In this document: positions 13,935 through 28,100 of the stretch, piece after piece
Layout of the letters: every line of letters begins with the position of its first letter
How positions within the stretch are numbered: the stretch's first letter is position 1
Source: Azolla caroliniana
Taxonomy: Eukaryota; Plantae; Polypodiophyta
Length of the DNA: 64,000 nucleotides
Assembly: GCA_043228905.1 (NCBI GenBank)
Contig: JBHGNT010000010.1
Coordinates: forward strand, 12,772,001 to 12,836,000
Direction of reading: 5' to 3'
Program-made: the position numbers and the translations under genes
The notes under the pieces: model-generated
Database searches by the model: none
What the model saw: the letters and a program-made list of their open reading frames with translations, nothing else
What the model was told of the DNA's origin: nothing

Positions 13935-16900
13935 ATGGCGAGCTTGCTTCCAACAAAGAAGCTCGACAGAACCAACTACGCGTCTTCGTCCTACAAGATG
14001 CACTAGTACCTGCTCGGGCATTGCTACTGGAGTTATGTCGAAGGAGCTAATGACGCGGCACCCGAATCTACACACAGAGACTTCCCGTCGTGGGAGCAAT
14101 CGGCAAGCAGGGCGAATAGCTATTGAGCTATGTTCGGGATGCACAGACGCCGAAGGGTGCGTGAGAAAATCTGAAGAAGATTTTCGCCGCGAGCACCATA
14201 GCCAGGAAGCTTCAGCTCCGACAGGAGTTGAGCAACCTACGACAACGCGACTTGTCGGTGGCGGACTATACCTCGAAGATCAAGGATATCTGTGACTCCC
14301 TTGCCTCCATAGAGGTGAACATCGAGAAGAGCGAGATGGTCCAGATCTATCTCGGAGGTTTGGCGTCAAAGTTCGGAGCATTCCGAACGGCTGTGTGTAC
14401 CCGGGAGAATACGTTGTCCTTTTTCGACTTACAGTCAATGCTCCTAGTAGAGGAGAACCACGGGTGCGTCTACAAGCACGCACACCGACAGCAGAATGTT
14501 GTACACGGAGGGAGATAGGCCCCGTGGACGTGGAGGACGAGGCGAGTCGGCGCACAATGGAGGCGGCCGACGAGATCAAGGAAGAAGGCACCGAAGTGAT
14601 GCCGATAGCAACTCCGGACCCTCGAAAAACAGGGGGAGTCGAAGCGATGAGAACCGGGAAGGGAAGGCCATCGCGGAGTGCTGGTACTGTGGCAAGAAAG
14701 GCCACAGGGAAAGTGAGTGTTGGCAGAAGCGCGCCGATTCGGAGAGAACTGGTTCCGGAAACGGCTCCGACATACCGACAAGGGAAATCGGCAGCGATCG
14801 CACTACGCCGATGACTCCGGGAGAGCCGGAGAAGGGTCTGCCTTCGTGACGAGACACGAAGCAAACTCAATGAAATGGACCACCCCGAGATCGGACGAGG
14901 TGTGGTACGTAGACTCTGGTGCGTCAAACCACGAATGTCGGAGAAGTTCCCCTTAGCCATGTCGGGCAGAAAGGGAAACTCATGAACGTGCTGCACGTTT
15001 TGACAATCACGAAGAACTTGGTCTCGGTCGGATAGATCGTCGACCAAGGGATGGAGGTTCGGTTTACACACCTCGGGTGCTTCATTGAGGAAGAAGGCCG
15101 TGTGATTGCACAAGGGCGCAGAGACGGGAGGATGTTCATCCTCGATTCCACTGACGGCGGCACCGCAATGTTCGCGAAGGGACAAAAATCCGAGTTGGAC
15201 ATCGACTTGTGGCACAAGCGGATAGGCCACGTCAACTACCAGGGGCTTCAAGATCTGTAATCGAAACAGGTAGTGTTCGGATTGCCCAAATTTAGTGACC
15301 GAAAGGCACAAATTTGTGAAGCCTGCCAGCTCGGGAAGCAACACCGACTTCCTTTCCCAAACGAGTGAAACCGGAGCCGGAACAAGATCAACCTTATACA
15401 CTCCGATGTATGGGGGCCGGCACAAAACGTTAGTCTTGGCGGGAGCCGATATTTCGTCTCCTTCATCGACGACCACACGCGGCACACGTGGATCTACCTC
15501 ATTGAGAGGAAGACCAAAGTCTTCGACTGTTTCCGGGACCTCAAAGGGTTCGTGGAAACGGAAACGAGACGAAAGATCATGTGCCTGCGGTCGGATGGTG
15601 GGAAAGAGTACTTTTCTAGTCAATTCAACGGTTATCTACAACAAATGGGAATTCGGCGTGAATTCAGTTGTAGATACACGCCGGAGCAGAACGGCGTGGC
15701 CGGGAGGAAGAATCGGTCAGTTGTGGAAGTGGCACGAGCAATGCTGGAGGAGAAGAGCTTGCCCAAGTTCTACTGGGCCGAGGCGGTAAGGACCGTGGTA
15801 TACATCCAGAACCGGATCGGACACAAAGTGTCAGCGCACGAGCTATATTTCGGAACGAAGCCGAACTTGCGACACTTGAGGGTGTTCGGTAGCATTGCGT
15901 ATGTGCATGTACCGAAGGAGAAAAGGAGGAAGCTAGATGCAAAGGACGAGAAATGCATCTTGGTTGGTTACTCGGACGAGCAGAATGGTTATAAGTGCTA
16001 TAACCCTCGCACCAAACAAGCGCGTGTTAGCCGCGACGTTGTGTTTGACGAGTCCGCGTCCTGGTACCAGTCCCCAACTCTGAACCCCGACTCCAATCTA
16101 AGTTCTGACGATGAGGTCAGCGAGGCCGAGATGCCTCCGGATGAGCCCGAAATCGAGACCCGCGAAGAGAGTCCGATTTCACTCTGTTTAAGTGGACCGA
16201 TTGGACGACTGAGTCGGTCCCATGAAGAGCCGGCGAGTAGTGGAGACTCGGTCGTGCATTCCCCGCGGAGGAAGCCGAGGAGACGGCTTACGCACAAAGA
16301 GAAAGGGAAGAAGAAGGTTTCGGATTCCGGCACGGATAGGAACGAGTCAAACCAATGCGAGTCTCACTCCGAGAGAACCGGTGACGGGTCTTTAAAGGTG
16401 AAGTCCGCGTCGACCGAGAAGGCCTCGACATCGGCTAATGTGAGATTACGCCGATCTACCTGCCAGAAGAATCCTGTTTTGCGGTTCGGATACAACGAGT
16501 ACATGGCGCATCATTATGCGTACATGACCCGTGTGGCGGAAGTGCGTGAGCCGGAGAGCTACGCAGAAGCGGCTAAAGACGCGAATTGGCGTGCCGTGAT
16601 GGAGGAAGAGATGCACGCATTGGCCGAGAACGAGACCTGGGACCTGGTTGACGCACCAAGAGGGGTAAAACCGATCGGGTGTAGGTGGGTGTACAAGCTC
16701 AAGTACAACACCAATGGCTCGGTCAACCGGTACAAGGCTTGGCTAGTGGCAAAGGGTTACGCACAGAATCACAACATCGACTACGATGAGACGTTTGCGC
16801 CGGTTGCGAAAATGACGACCGTCCGTGTTTTGCTCGCAGTAGCTGCAGTGAAGAGGTGGCACTTACATCAGATGGATGTAAAGAATGCGTTCCTGCAAGG

Positions 16901-18353
16901 TGACCTTGAGGAACAAGAGTAAATGGTATAGCCCCCCAGATTTCACTCTGGAACGAACTCTTTGGCAGTATGCCGACTGAAGAAGTCCCTTTACGGACTG
17001 AAGCAAGCCCCGCATACCTGGAACGCGAAGATCACGCAACAACTACGTCGGATGGGCTTCGTCACGTCAAAATCAGACTCTTCCCTGTTCATCCGGAAAG
17101 GTCGACTTGGACCAGTTAGTATTTTACTATATGTTGATGACTTGGTCATCACCGGTGCCGACCTAGGTGAAATCGACAGCATGAAGCTCCAGCTTGCGGC
17201 ATCGTTTGACATGAAGGATCTGGGGGACCTTCATTACCTCCTCGGGATCGAAGTGATCCGTACCCCTGAAGGCATATTGATCAGCCAACGTTATTACGTG
17301 CTGAGTATGCTCTTCAAATTCGGGATGGCTGATTGTAAGTCCGTCTCGACTCCTCTGGATAGAACCGTCAAGCTTCATCCCGATACGGGAAAGGTATGCG
17401 ACCCGACGAAGTTCCGACCAATTATCAGAAGCCTCATATACTTGACCATCACCCGACCCGACCTCAGTTATCCGGTCGGAGTGATCAATCAGTTCATGGC
17501 GCGACCTACCGAGGAGCACCTCCAGTGTGCGCAACGCATACTTCAATATGTCAACGGCACTAAGGACCGGGGACTGCTATATCGGACCGGTGCAGACGCG
17601 CAGTTAGTCGGCTACACCGATGTTGATTGGGCTGGCAATGTCGCCGATCGCCGATCCACGTCCGGATACGCGTTCTCCCTCGGGAGTGCCGCGATCGCGT
17701 GGAGCAGTAAGAAGCAACCGACAGTTGCACTGTCGAGCACCGAAGCTGAGTACCGAGGAGCGGCTGTCGCAACATGCGAAGCCATATGGTTGAAGCGGCT
17801 ACTTAGGGACCTGCAAGAGGAGGTGTTAGATCCCACGACGATCTACTGCGACAACCTCAGCAGCATCTAGCTCGCGAAAAACCCCGTTTTCCACGCACGG
17901 ACCAAACACATTAAGGTGCACTACCATTTCGTCCGTGAGCGTGTCCTTTCCGGTGAAGTCGAACTTCAGTACGTTCCGATGGATCGGCAGACTGCCGACA
18001 TCTTTACCAAGCCTCTTGGTCTAGACAAGTTGCGGCAATTCTCAGGTGCGCTCGGATTGCGTCACCTCAACGTGCCAAACTTGAGGGGGAGAACAGTCCC
18101 GAACGACCAAGCAAGGCAGCTGGAAAGAAGTGGAGACCGCGACACCGAGTCGGTTGACTCGGTCGTCGAGTTCGACTTCGGATCGGTTGAAGAAGCCGAG
18201 GGTGAACCCGCGGAAAACTCCGGAAGCGGACAAAAGGGGAGCAGCCGAAGGAGAGAGCCAAAGCCAACCACGCATGGGGAAGATGACGCCATCGAGGGCG
18301 AGAAGACCGAAGACAAGTTGGAGACAACCAGCTCGGACGAGAGGGAAAACTGA
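13935..18353 (+). pseudogene. Copia gag-pol polyprotein, disrupted by stops, frameshifts and deletions
   Basis: Zinc knuckle CWYCGKKGHRESEC; protease WYVDSGASNH; GAG-pre-integrase LWHKRIGH; integrase [17 protein letters not shown]; [11 protein letters not shown] and LLYVDDLVI; RNase H YTDVDWAG/STEAEY/ADIFTK. Confidence 0.95.
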
Positions 18354-18609
18354 TCGGAGGTAGCCGAGTCGGTTCGGATGTTTGATTCAAATACGCTGAA
18401 TAAACCGAGGCCCAAGCGGAAGAAAAGGCAGCAGGAGAAGCGTCAACACCGCAACAGCGGAAGAGCTGCTAAGGGCCACATGAGCAGACAAGCTGACTGG
18501 AAGGGACGAAGCACGCGGAGTCGAACAGGTCGTGGAGCGCGAGCGAGGCGTGAAGCCAGGAGGAACCGGAGCTATGAGCCCGAAGATCCTGAAGAGCCTC
18601 AAGTTGAGC

Positions 18610-18620
18610 TTGAGGGGGAG
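18610..18620 (+). promoter_or_regulatory. Copia polypurine tract
   Basis: TTGAGGGGGAG directly before the 3' LTR. Confidence 0.9.
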
Positions 18621-19075
18621 TGTTGAGAGACAAGCTCAACATCGGCCAGATCAGCTAAAGAAGTCGAGGACCGGATCGGTTGGGACTGATCAGTTAGGCC
18701 GAATGCGTAAACCGGTACGCAAACCGGTGCGTAGGTAGGGCCGGATCGGTGCATAAACCGGGGGGCCATTAGGAAAGATATTCCGTGAGGAATATATTTG
18801 GGAGTTAGTGTAGGAGCTCTTAATGAGCATTGAAGTACTATCAGTACTTCGGTCAGTCCTTCTAGGACTTGTATAAAAGTGTTCATTGAACACACATATG
18901 TATAAAGTGTGGTGAATAGAGATTGAGTACTTTTGTTGAATATAGTTCTTGTGTTTTCTCTCTCACTCTCTTTGTCTCTCCTGCATATACTGCATAAGCT
19001 CAAGCTCTCCATTAAACCTGAGTTTTCTTCCTTCTGTTCGGTCTTCATACTTGCTTCCGCACGTTACTTTTTACA
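18621..19075 (+). repeat. Copia 3' LTR (455 bp)
   Basis: Repeat of 13387-13850 with roughly 20 substitutions (mostly transitions) and a 9-bp indel. Confidence 0.96.
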
Positions 19076-22000
19076 CATATCTTGCTCCTAGTTCTATCCA
19101 CGAAGGCTAAATCGATAGCTGCATGGGACCACTTGTTGGCACACTTCTCACGATACGAACCTAACTTTCTCCCCAACCGCGTTGAGTATTTGAAGAAACC
19201 TAATGATTTATCTTGTTCTCGCTTCCATGTATATTCAACGGGATCCCATTCTACGCGCTCGAGAGGCTTGCCTTCAACCACGTACAAGATCCAATCCTCC
19301 TCAACCTCTTCGACTGGTGGATTCACCTTCAATTTCTTTCCGGCTCTTGCTACAATTCTAATCGGGTACCGACATGCACTTTCATCTAATAATCCAATAT
19401 GGACGGTCTTCCCATTCTTTCCTAGACCCCTGACATTGATAATTTTTCCGGTATCATCACATTGTCTAGACCATTCACCCACTTCCTCATTACCAATAGG
19501 AAGCGAGGAGACAGCTGTATTAACTACGTCAAGCATCTTTCTGCCATTTCTAACCTTTCCCAAGTCTTCATATAGTTGATCATGATTATTGTCGGACAGC
19601 CACATCCAATCAGCCACCGAGTGTATCCCTAGACAATACAATGTAGCCCACGTCATGTGCTTGCTTTGTCCAAGCATCGTTCCTTCTGGTGATTGTACGA
19701 TCTCGTTCCATAGTAGGGGTTGGCGCATCCATTCAGGACTAGTACTTGGACGATTCCGACTTAGATGCCCACGGAGCATACTCCACGCCGGCATCACTGA
19801 CATACAAGTACGATCAGCCAACCGGTTAGATTTCCTCAACTTTAAGGCCATACAAAAAGGCCACGCTTTGTGTGACTTCCAATGGCCACCTAGTCTTGGA
19901 CTCTAGACAATGCTCCTATTATGTATCAATGTTTACCATAACTCGTTACCAGGTAGCAAGCTCCTTACCAATACCTTGCATAACAATGCTTGACTCTACA
20001 ATCCAGGGTCAATCAATCCTAAACCCCCCTTACTCTTGGGAAGAACCAACGTAGACCATGATACTTTGGTTGCCGCCTTGTCTTTCCTCGTCCCAGCCCA
20101 AAGGAATCCCCTAATACACACTTTAACATTACGAATAGCTTGCTTGTCAAACATCCACACTGAAACTGCATGCCATAACGTAGAGAAGAGCACATGGTTA
20201 GCTACTATGATCCTGCCAGCCAATGATAAGTTCATCCTTGACCAGTTGCGAATTTTGTCACAGATTTTGCTTTGAATTTGTTGCAATTGAATTCCTTTGA
20301 CGATATCTACCCCAATCCACGTTCTCAGATATCGAGTGGCTTCCCCGTTTGCAATCCATTTGAATTCAGCATTTGGCTTCCAAATAGGCTCGGACTCCAA
20401 GCTGATCCAAAAACCCTTCGACTTCTTCCAATTGATGGATACTCCCGATGGCTTGCAAAAGAGCTCAATAGCACTCTATGCCCTCTCAAGATTCGCTTCA
20501 TTTCCTTGGAGGTATAGCATCGTATCGTCCGCGAACTCCAAGTCCACCAGGGACTTCCTCGAATTAGGGATGAAAAGACCATGAAGATTTGCCCTTTGAC
20601 TATTAAAAAGGGTAGACATTGCTTCAGTAATAAAATTGAAACGTGCGGATACAAGTACAGGCATAGGAAAAACTAGATACATTATATGTCATGAGTTAAT
20701 GTGGCATCGATAAAAACCCGTGAAATTATTAAATCTTAAAAACCAGAGTGTGGTAGAATAATCCTCAGTTTTTCGTTGATGCTTGGGCAAAATACAAATA
20801 TTATTTATTTCTAATCAAAGATTGCAATATTAAAAAGCACACAACATGTGATCCATTGTAGTGTAGTTGGTTACGATACTCGGCTCTCAACGGAGAGACC
20901 CGGGCTCAACTCTCGGCAATGGAAACGACAATGTCATATATTAAATTTTCGACGCATATAATACGTTATCTGTTTGATAACTCAAAAACTCAAGACCTAA
21001 AGTATATGTTACAATAATGTACAATTAACCAAATAATGTATATGTTTGAAGGATTGATGACGAACTTTACTTTGAAGGATTGATAATGAGCTAATGTTGC
21101 ATCGATAAAAACCCTTGAAATTATTTAATCTTAAAAACGAGAGTGTGTTAGAATAATCCTCAGTTGCTCGTTGATGCTTGCGCAATATATAAATATTATT
21201 TATTACTAATCTAAATAATGTACAATTAACAAAATAATCATTATTATGTTTGAAAGATTGATGATGATTTTTGCTTTCATTTTTTTCTCCTAAACTTAAT
21301 CCCATTATTCAATTAATAGTAGAGGTTTCAAATGAAATTTGAAAAAAGATTATGTTGTTCGGGACCAGAAGAAGCAGTATATTTACTCGTGGTTATTTCT
21401 CAACATGGTTACGACAAATTAGTATACCGACAATTATAGTTTGGATAACTTCATAGAATTTCCAAAAATACGCATATATTGTAGAATAATGGTGAACTCT
21501 CGAACAACATTGTACCATATTTCTTTATTTGAAGCAAAGCACTAGAATATTACATTAACTAATTCATGTACTAAATGACTTCCATTGTATTTTAGTTGGT
21601 GCCGATCCTTGTTTTTCACACGAGACTCCCGGGTATAACATTAGGGTTGTTCGGGACAACAATAAGCGGTAGATTTGGTTGTGGTTATTCGTTATCATTG
21701 TTACGATAAATTAGGACACAAATAATTGTAGTTTGGATAACTTGATACAATTTCAAACAATACGCATAGATTGCAAAATAATGGTCCACTATCGACAAGC
21801 ATTGCACCATGTTTCTTTCTTTGTAGCACAACACTAGAATAGTACATTAACTAGTTCATTTACTCAATAATGGTCAACCCGTGAAATGATTAAATCTTAA
21901 AAATGAGAGTGTGTTAGAATAATCCTCTGTTTATCGTTGATGCTTGCGCAATATATAAATATTATTTATTTCTAATCAATGATTGCAATATTAAAAAGGA

Positions 22001-23943
22001 CACTAACTGTGATCCATTGTAGTCTAGTTGGTTAGGATACGTGGCTCTCATCCGAGAGACCCGTGTTCAACTCCCGGCAATGGAAACGACAATATCATAT
22101 ATTAAATTTTCGACGCATATCATGTGTTAACTGTTTGATAACTCACAAACTCAAGACCTAAAGTAGGTGTTCCAATAATGTACAATTAACAAAATAATCA
22201 ATATTATGTTTGAAAGACTGATAAAGAACTTTACTTTGATTTTTTCCTCCTAACATCAATTTCTAAACTTAATCCCATTATTCGATTAATGGTAGAGGTT
22301 TCGAATGAAACTGGACCAAACATTATGTTGTTCGAATCAATTTCGATGAGCATTGCACCATGTTTCTTGATTTGAAGTAAAGCACTAGAATATTATATTA
22401 ACTAATTCATTTCCTAAAAGAATTCCAGTGTAGTCTAGTTGGTTTGGATCCTTGTTTTTTACACGAGACTCCCGGGTACAACAGTTGGCATGGGGAAAAC
22501 TAGCTACATCATAGATCATGAGTTAATATCACATCGATAAAAACCATTGAAATTATTAAATCTTAAAAACGAGAGTTTGTTAGAATAGTCCTAAGTTTCT
22601 CGTTGATTCTTCCGCAACATATAAATATTATTTATTAATAATAACTGATCAAAACATTAAAAAGTACACAAGATATGATACATTATAGTCTAGTTGGTTA
22701 GGATACTCGGCTCTCACCCGAGAGACCCGGTTTCAACTCCCGTCAATTGAAACTACAATATCATATATTAAATTTCCGATGCATATGTTTTGTTAACTGT
22801 TTGATAACTCAAAAACTCAAGAGCTAAAGTAGATCTTATAGTAATGTACAATTAACAAAATAATCAATATTATGTTTGAAGGATTGATGACGAACTTTGC
22901 TTTCATATTATTCTCCTAACATCAATTTCTGAACTTAATCCAATTATTCAATTAATAGTAGAGGTTTCAAATGAAATTTGAGAAAAGATTATGTTATTCA
23001 GGACCAATAGAAGCAGTATATTTAGTCGTGGTTATTTCTCAACATGGTTATGACAAATTAGTACACCGACAATTATAGTTTGGATAACTTGATAGAATTT
23101 CCAAAAATACGCATAGATTGTAGAATAATGGTGAACTCTCGAACAACATTGTACCATATTTCTTTATTTGAAGCAAAGCACTAGAATATTACATTAACTA
23201 ATTCATGTACTAAATGAATTCCATTCTATTCTAGTTGGTTCGGATTCTTGTTTTTCACACGAGACTCCCGGGTATAACATTATGTTGTTTGGGACAACAA
23301 GAAGCGGTAGATTTGGTTGTGGTTATTCGTCAACATTGTTATGATAAACTAGTACACCAATAATTATAGTTGGGATAACTCGATACAATTTCAAACAATA
23401 CGCATAGATTGCAAAAAAAATGAATTCCATTTTAATCAAGTTGTCTCAAATCATTGATTTTTACTCGAAACGTGCGGGTACAAGTACAAGCTTAGGAAAA
23501 ACTAGATACATTATATATCATGAGTTAATGTGGCATTGATAAAAACCCATGAAATTATTAAATCTTAAAAACGAGACTCTGTCAGAATAATCCTCTGTTT
23601 CTTGTTGACGCTTGCGCAATATATAAATATTTTTTATTACTAATCAATGATTGCAATATTAAAAAGTGTACAAGATGTGATCCATTGAAGTCTAGTTGGT
23701 TAGAATACTCGGTTCCTTGATTTTTACCTGAGACGCCCAAGTACAACAATAGGCATTGGAAAAACTAGATACGTCATAGATCATGACGTAATGTCGCATA
23801 GATAAAAACCCTTGAAATTATTAAATCTTAAAAACTAGAGTGTGGTAGAACAATCCTCAGTTTTTAGTTGATGCTTGCGCAAAATATAAATATTATTTAT
23901 TTATAATCAATGATTGCAATATTCAAAAGCACACAAAATCTGA

Positions 23944-24016
23944 TCCATTGTAGTCTAGTTGGTTAGGATACTCGGCTCTCACCTGAGAGTCTCGGGTTCA
24001 ACTCCCGGCAATGGAA
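23944..24016 (+). tRNA. tRNA-Glu(CTC), best candidate for a fully foldable copy
   Basis: Differences from consensus are G-U-compatible stem changes or in the variable loop; A and B boxes intact. Confidence 0.75.
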
Positions 24017-24721
24017 ACGACAATGTATTATATTAAATTTCCGACGCATATAATGTGTTATCTGTTTGATAACTCAAAAACTCAAGACCTAAAGTAGGAG
24101 TTACAATAATGTATAATTAACAAAATAATCAATATTATGTTTGAAGGATCGATGACGAACTTTACTTTAATTTTTTTCTCCTAACATCAATTTCTAAACT
24201 TAATCCCATTATTCGATTAATGGTAGAGCTTTCAAATGAAATTGGACAAAACATTATGTTGTTCGAGACAACAAGAAGAAGTATATTTGGTTGTGGTTAT
24301 TCGTCAACATTGGTACGACAAATTAGTACAGCAACAATTACAGTTGCGATAACTCGATACAATTTCAAAGAATAGGCGAAGAATACAAAATAATGGTCAA
24401 CTCTCGATGAGCATTGCACCATGTTTCTTTATTTGTAACAAAGGACTCGAATGGTATATTAACTAATTCATTTACTAACTGAATTCTATTGTAATCAAAT
24501 TGCCTCGGATGCTTGCTTTTTACCTAAGACGCCCGGGTAGAATTAGATATGTCAGATATCATGAGTTAATGTGCAATCTATAAAAACCCTTGAAATTATT
24601 AAATCTTAAAAACAAGAGTGTGGTAGAATAAACCTCAGTTTTTCGTTGATGCTTGCGCAAAATATAAATATTATTTATTTCTAATCAATCATTGCAAGAT
24701 TAAAAAGCACACAAAATGTGA

Positions 24722-24794
24722 TCCATTGTAGTCTAGTTGGTTAGGATACTCGGCTCTCACCCGAGAGACCCGGGATCAACTCCCGGCAATGGAA
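24722..24794 (+). tRNA. tRNA-Glu(CTC), one substitution in T loop/B box (GGATCAA)
   Basis: 72/73 match to array consensus, but the change hits the invariant T54 position. Confidence 0.65.
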
Positions 24795-25088
24795 ACGACT
24801 ATATCATATATTAGATTTCCGACGCATATCATCTGTTAACTGTTTGATAATTGAAAAACTCAATACCTAAATTTCCAACTCCTAGGTACAACAATAGGCA
24901 TTGGAAAAACTAGATCCATCATAGATCATGAGGTAATATCGCATCGAGAAAAACCCTTAAAATTATGTAATCTTAAAAATGACAATGTGTTAGAATAGTC
25001 CTGAGTTCCTCGTTGATGCTTGCACAATATATAAATATTATTTATTACTAATCTATGATTGCAATATTAAGAAGTACACAAGATAAGA

Positions 25089-25161
25089 TCCATTGTAGTC
25101 TAGTTGGTTAGGATACTCGGCTTTCACCCGAGAGACCCGGGTTCAACTGCCGGCAATGGAA
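25089..25161 (+). tRNA. tRNA-Glu(TTC), one T-stem mismatch
   Basis: 71/73 match to consensus; anticodon TTC. Confidence 0.7.
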
Positions 25162-28100
25162 ATGATTATATCATATATTAAATATCTGACTCATACCATG
25201 TGTTACCGGTTTGATAACTCAAAAACTCAAGACCTAAAGTAGATGTTACAATAATGTACAATTAACAAAACAATCAATATTATGTTAGGATACTCGGCTC
25301 TCACCCGAGAGACCCGGGATCAACTCCCGGCAATGGAAACGATAGTGCAAAACCCGTGAAATTAATAAATCTTAAAAACGAGAGTGTGTTAGAATAATCT
25401 TCTGTTTCTCATTGATGCTTGCGCAATATATAAATATTATTTATTACTAATCAATGATTGCAATATTAGAAAGTGCACAACATGTTATCCATTGTAGTCT
25501 AATTGTTTAGAATAATTGTCTCTCACACGAGAGAACCGGGTTCAACTCCTGGGAATAGATTGCACCAACAATTATAGTTTGGATAACTTGATACAATTTG
25601 AAACAATACGCATAGATTGCAAAATAATGGTCAACTGTAGTAAAGCACTCAAATATTACTTTATCTAATTCATTTACTAAATGAATTCCACTGTAGTCTA
25701 CTTGGTTCAGATCCTTGTTTTTTCCACGAGACTCCCGGGTACGACAATTGGTATGGGAAAAACTAGATACATCGTAGATCATGAGTTAATATCGCATCAA
25801 TACAAACCCTTGAAATTATTAAATGTTAAAAACCAGAGTGTGTTCAATTAATCCTAAATTTTACGTTGATGCTTGCGCAATATATAAATATTATTTATTA
25901 CTAATCAATGACTGCAATTTTAAAAAGTACACTAGATATCATCCATTGTAGTCTAGTTGGTTAGAATACTTCGCTCTCACCCGAGAGAACCGGGTTTAAC
26001 TCCCGGCAACGGAAATGATTATATCATATATTAAATTTCCGACTCATAGCATGTGTTAAGAGTTTGATAACTTAAAAATTCAAGACCTCAAGTAGACATT
26101 ACAATAATGTACAATTAACAAAATAATCAATATTATGTTTGAAGGATTGATGACGAACTTTGCTTTTATTTTTTTCTCCTAACATCAATTTCTAAACTTA
26201 ATCCCATTATTCAATTAATAGTAGAGGTTTCAAATGAAATTGGACAAAACATTATGTTGTTTGGGACAAGAAGAAGCAATATATTTAGTCGTGGTTATTT
26301 CTCAACATGGTTACGCCAAATTAGTACGCCGACAATTATAGTTTGGATAACTAGATAGAATTTCCAAAAATACGCATAGATTGTAAAATAATGGTGAACT
26401 TTCGATCAACATCGCACTAGATTTCTTTATTTGAAGCAAACCACTAGAATATTACATTAACTAATTCATTTACTAAATGAATTCCATTGTAGTCTAGTTG
26501 GTTCGGATCCTTGTTTTTTACATGAGACTCCCGTGTACAACATTATGTTGTTCGGGAAAACAAGAAGCAGTATATTTGGTTGTGGTTATTCCTGAACATT
26601 GCTAGTTTGGATCACTTGATACAATTTCAAACAATACGCATAGATTGTAGAATAATGGTCAATTGTCCATGACTATTGCACTGTTTCTTTATTTGTAACA
26701 AAGGACTAGAATGGTACATTGTAATCAAGTTGCCTCGGATGCTTACTTTTTACCTGGGACGCCGGGCTACAAGTAGATATATCATATATCATGAGTTAAT
26801 GTGGCATCGATAAAAACCCTTGAAATTATTAAATCCTAAAAACGATAGTGTGTTAGAATAATCCTCAGTTTTTCATTGATGCTTGCACAATATATAAATA
26901 TTATTTATTTCTAATCAATTATAGCAATATTAAAAACCCACAAGATGTGATTCATTGTAGTCAAGTTGGTTACGATGCTGGGCTCTCACCCGATAGACCA
27001 GTGTTCAACTCCCAACAATGGAAAAGACAATATCATATATCAAATTTTGCGACGCATGTCATGTGTGTACTGTTTGATAACTAAAAAACTCAAGCCCTAA
27101 AGTAGTTCTTACAATAATATACAATTAACAGACAGAATAATTAATATTATGTTTGAAGGATTGACAAAGAACTTGAGTTTAATTTTTTTCTCCTAACATC
27201 AATTTCTTAATTTAATCCCATTATTCGATTAATGGTAGAGGTTTCGAATGAAATTGGACGAAACATTATGTTGTTCGGGACAAGAAGCAATATATCTAAT
27301 TGTGGTTATTCGTCACCATTGTTACGATAAATTAGTACACCAAACATTATAATTTGGATAACTCGATACAATTTCAAACAATACGCATAGATTGTAGAAT
27401 AATGGTCAACTGTCAATGACTATTGCACCATGTTTCTTTATTTGTAACAAAGAACTAGAATGGTACATTAACTAAATTCCATTGTAATTAAATTGCCTCT
27501 GATCCTTGCGTTTTACAGTAGATATATCATATATCATGAGTTAATGTGGCATTGATAAAAACCAATGAAATTTATAAATCTTAAAAATGAGAGTGTGTTA
27601 GAAGAACAGGCATAGGAAAAACTAGATATATCATAGATCATGAGTTAATTTGGCATTGATAAAATCCGGTGAAATTATTAAATCTTAAAAATAAGAGTGT
27701 GTTAGAATAATCCTCTGTTTCCTGTGTATGCTTGCGCAATATATAAATATTATTTATTACTAATTAATGATTGCAATGTTAAACAGTGCACAAGATGTGA
27801 TCCATTGCGGTCTTGTTGGTTAGAATACTCGCCTCTCACACAAGAGACCCCAGTTCAACTCCCAGGAATAAAAAGGACAATATCATATATCAAATTTTGC
27901 GACGCATGTCATGTCTTAACAATTTGATAATGGAGAAACTCAAGACCTAAAGTAGTTACAATAATGTACAATTAGCAAAATAATCAATATTATGTTTGAA
28001 GTATTGATAAAGAACTTTACTTTGATTTTTTTCTACTCACATCAATTTCTAAACTTAATCACATTATTCAATTAATAGTAGAGGTTTCAAAAGGAGAGTG

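Larger units (their letters stand above)
13387..19075 (+). mobile_element. Full-length Ty1/copia LTR retrotransposon (degenerate), nested in LINE
   Basis: TG...CA LTRs, TSD CATAT at 13382-13386 and 19076-19080 (single CATAT in the uninterrupted LINE near 55274), PBS, PPT, order gag-PR-IN-RT-RH. Confidence 0.97.
12465..20635 (-). mobile_element. L1-like LINE family A copy 1, 5'-truncated within RT, interrupted by copia element
   Basis: Poly(A) seen as T run 12465-12474; ORF2 fragments: RT core EFADDTMLYL (20476-20682), SLAGRIIVANHVL..GGLGL (19996-20400), C-terminus PPRWLFPP (12724-13203); clearly homologous to 54346-57957. Confidence 0.93.

Noticed and set aside
14280-15623. 447-aa antisense ORF within the copia element
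   Set aside because: Shadow ORF opposite GC-rich gag-pol sequence; no recognisable motifs
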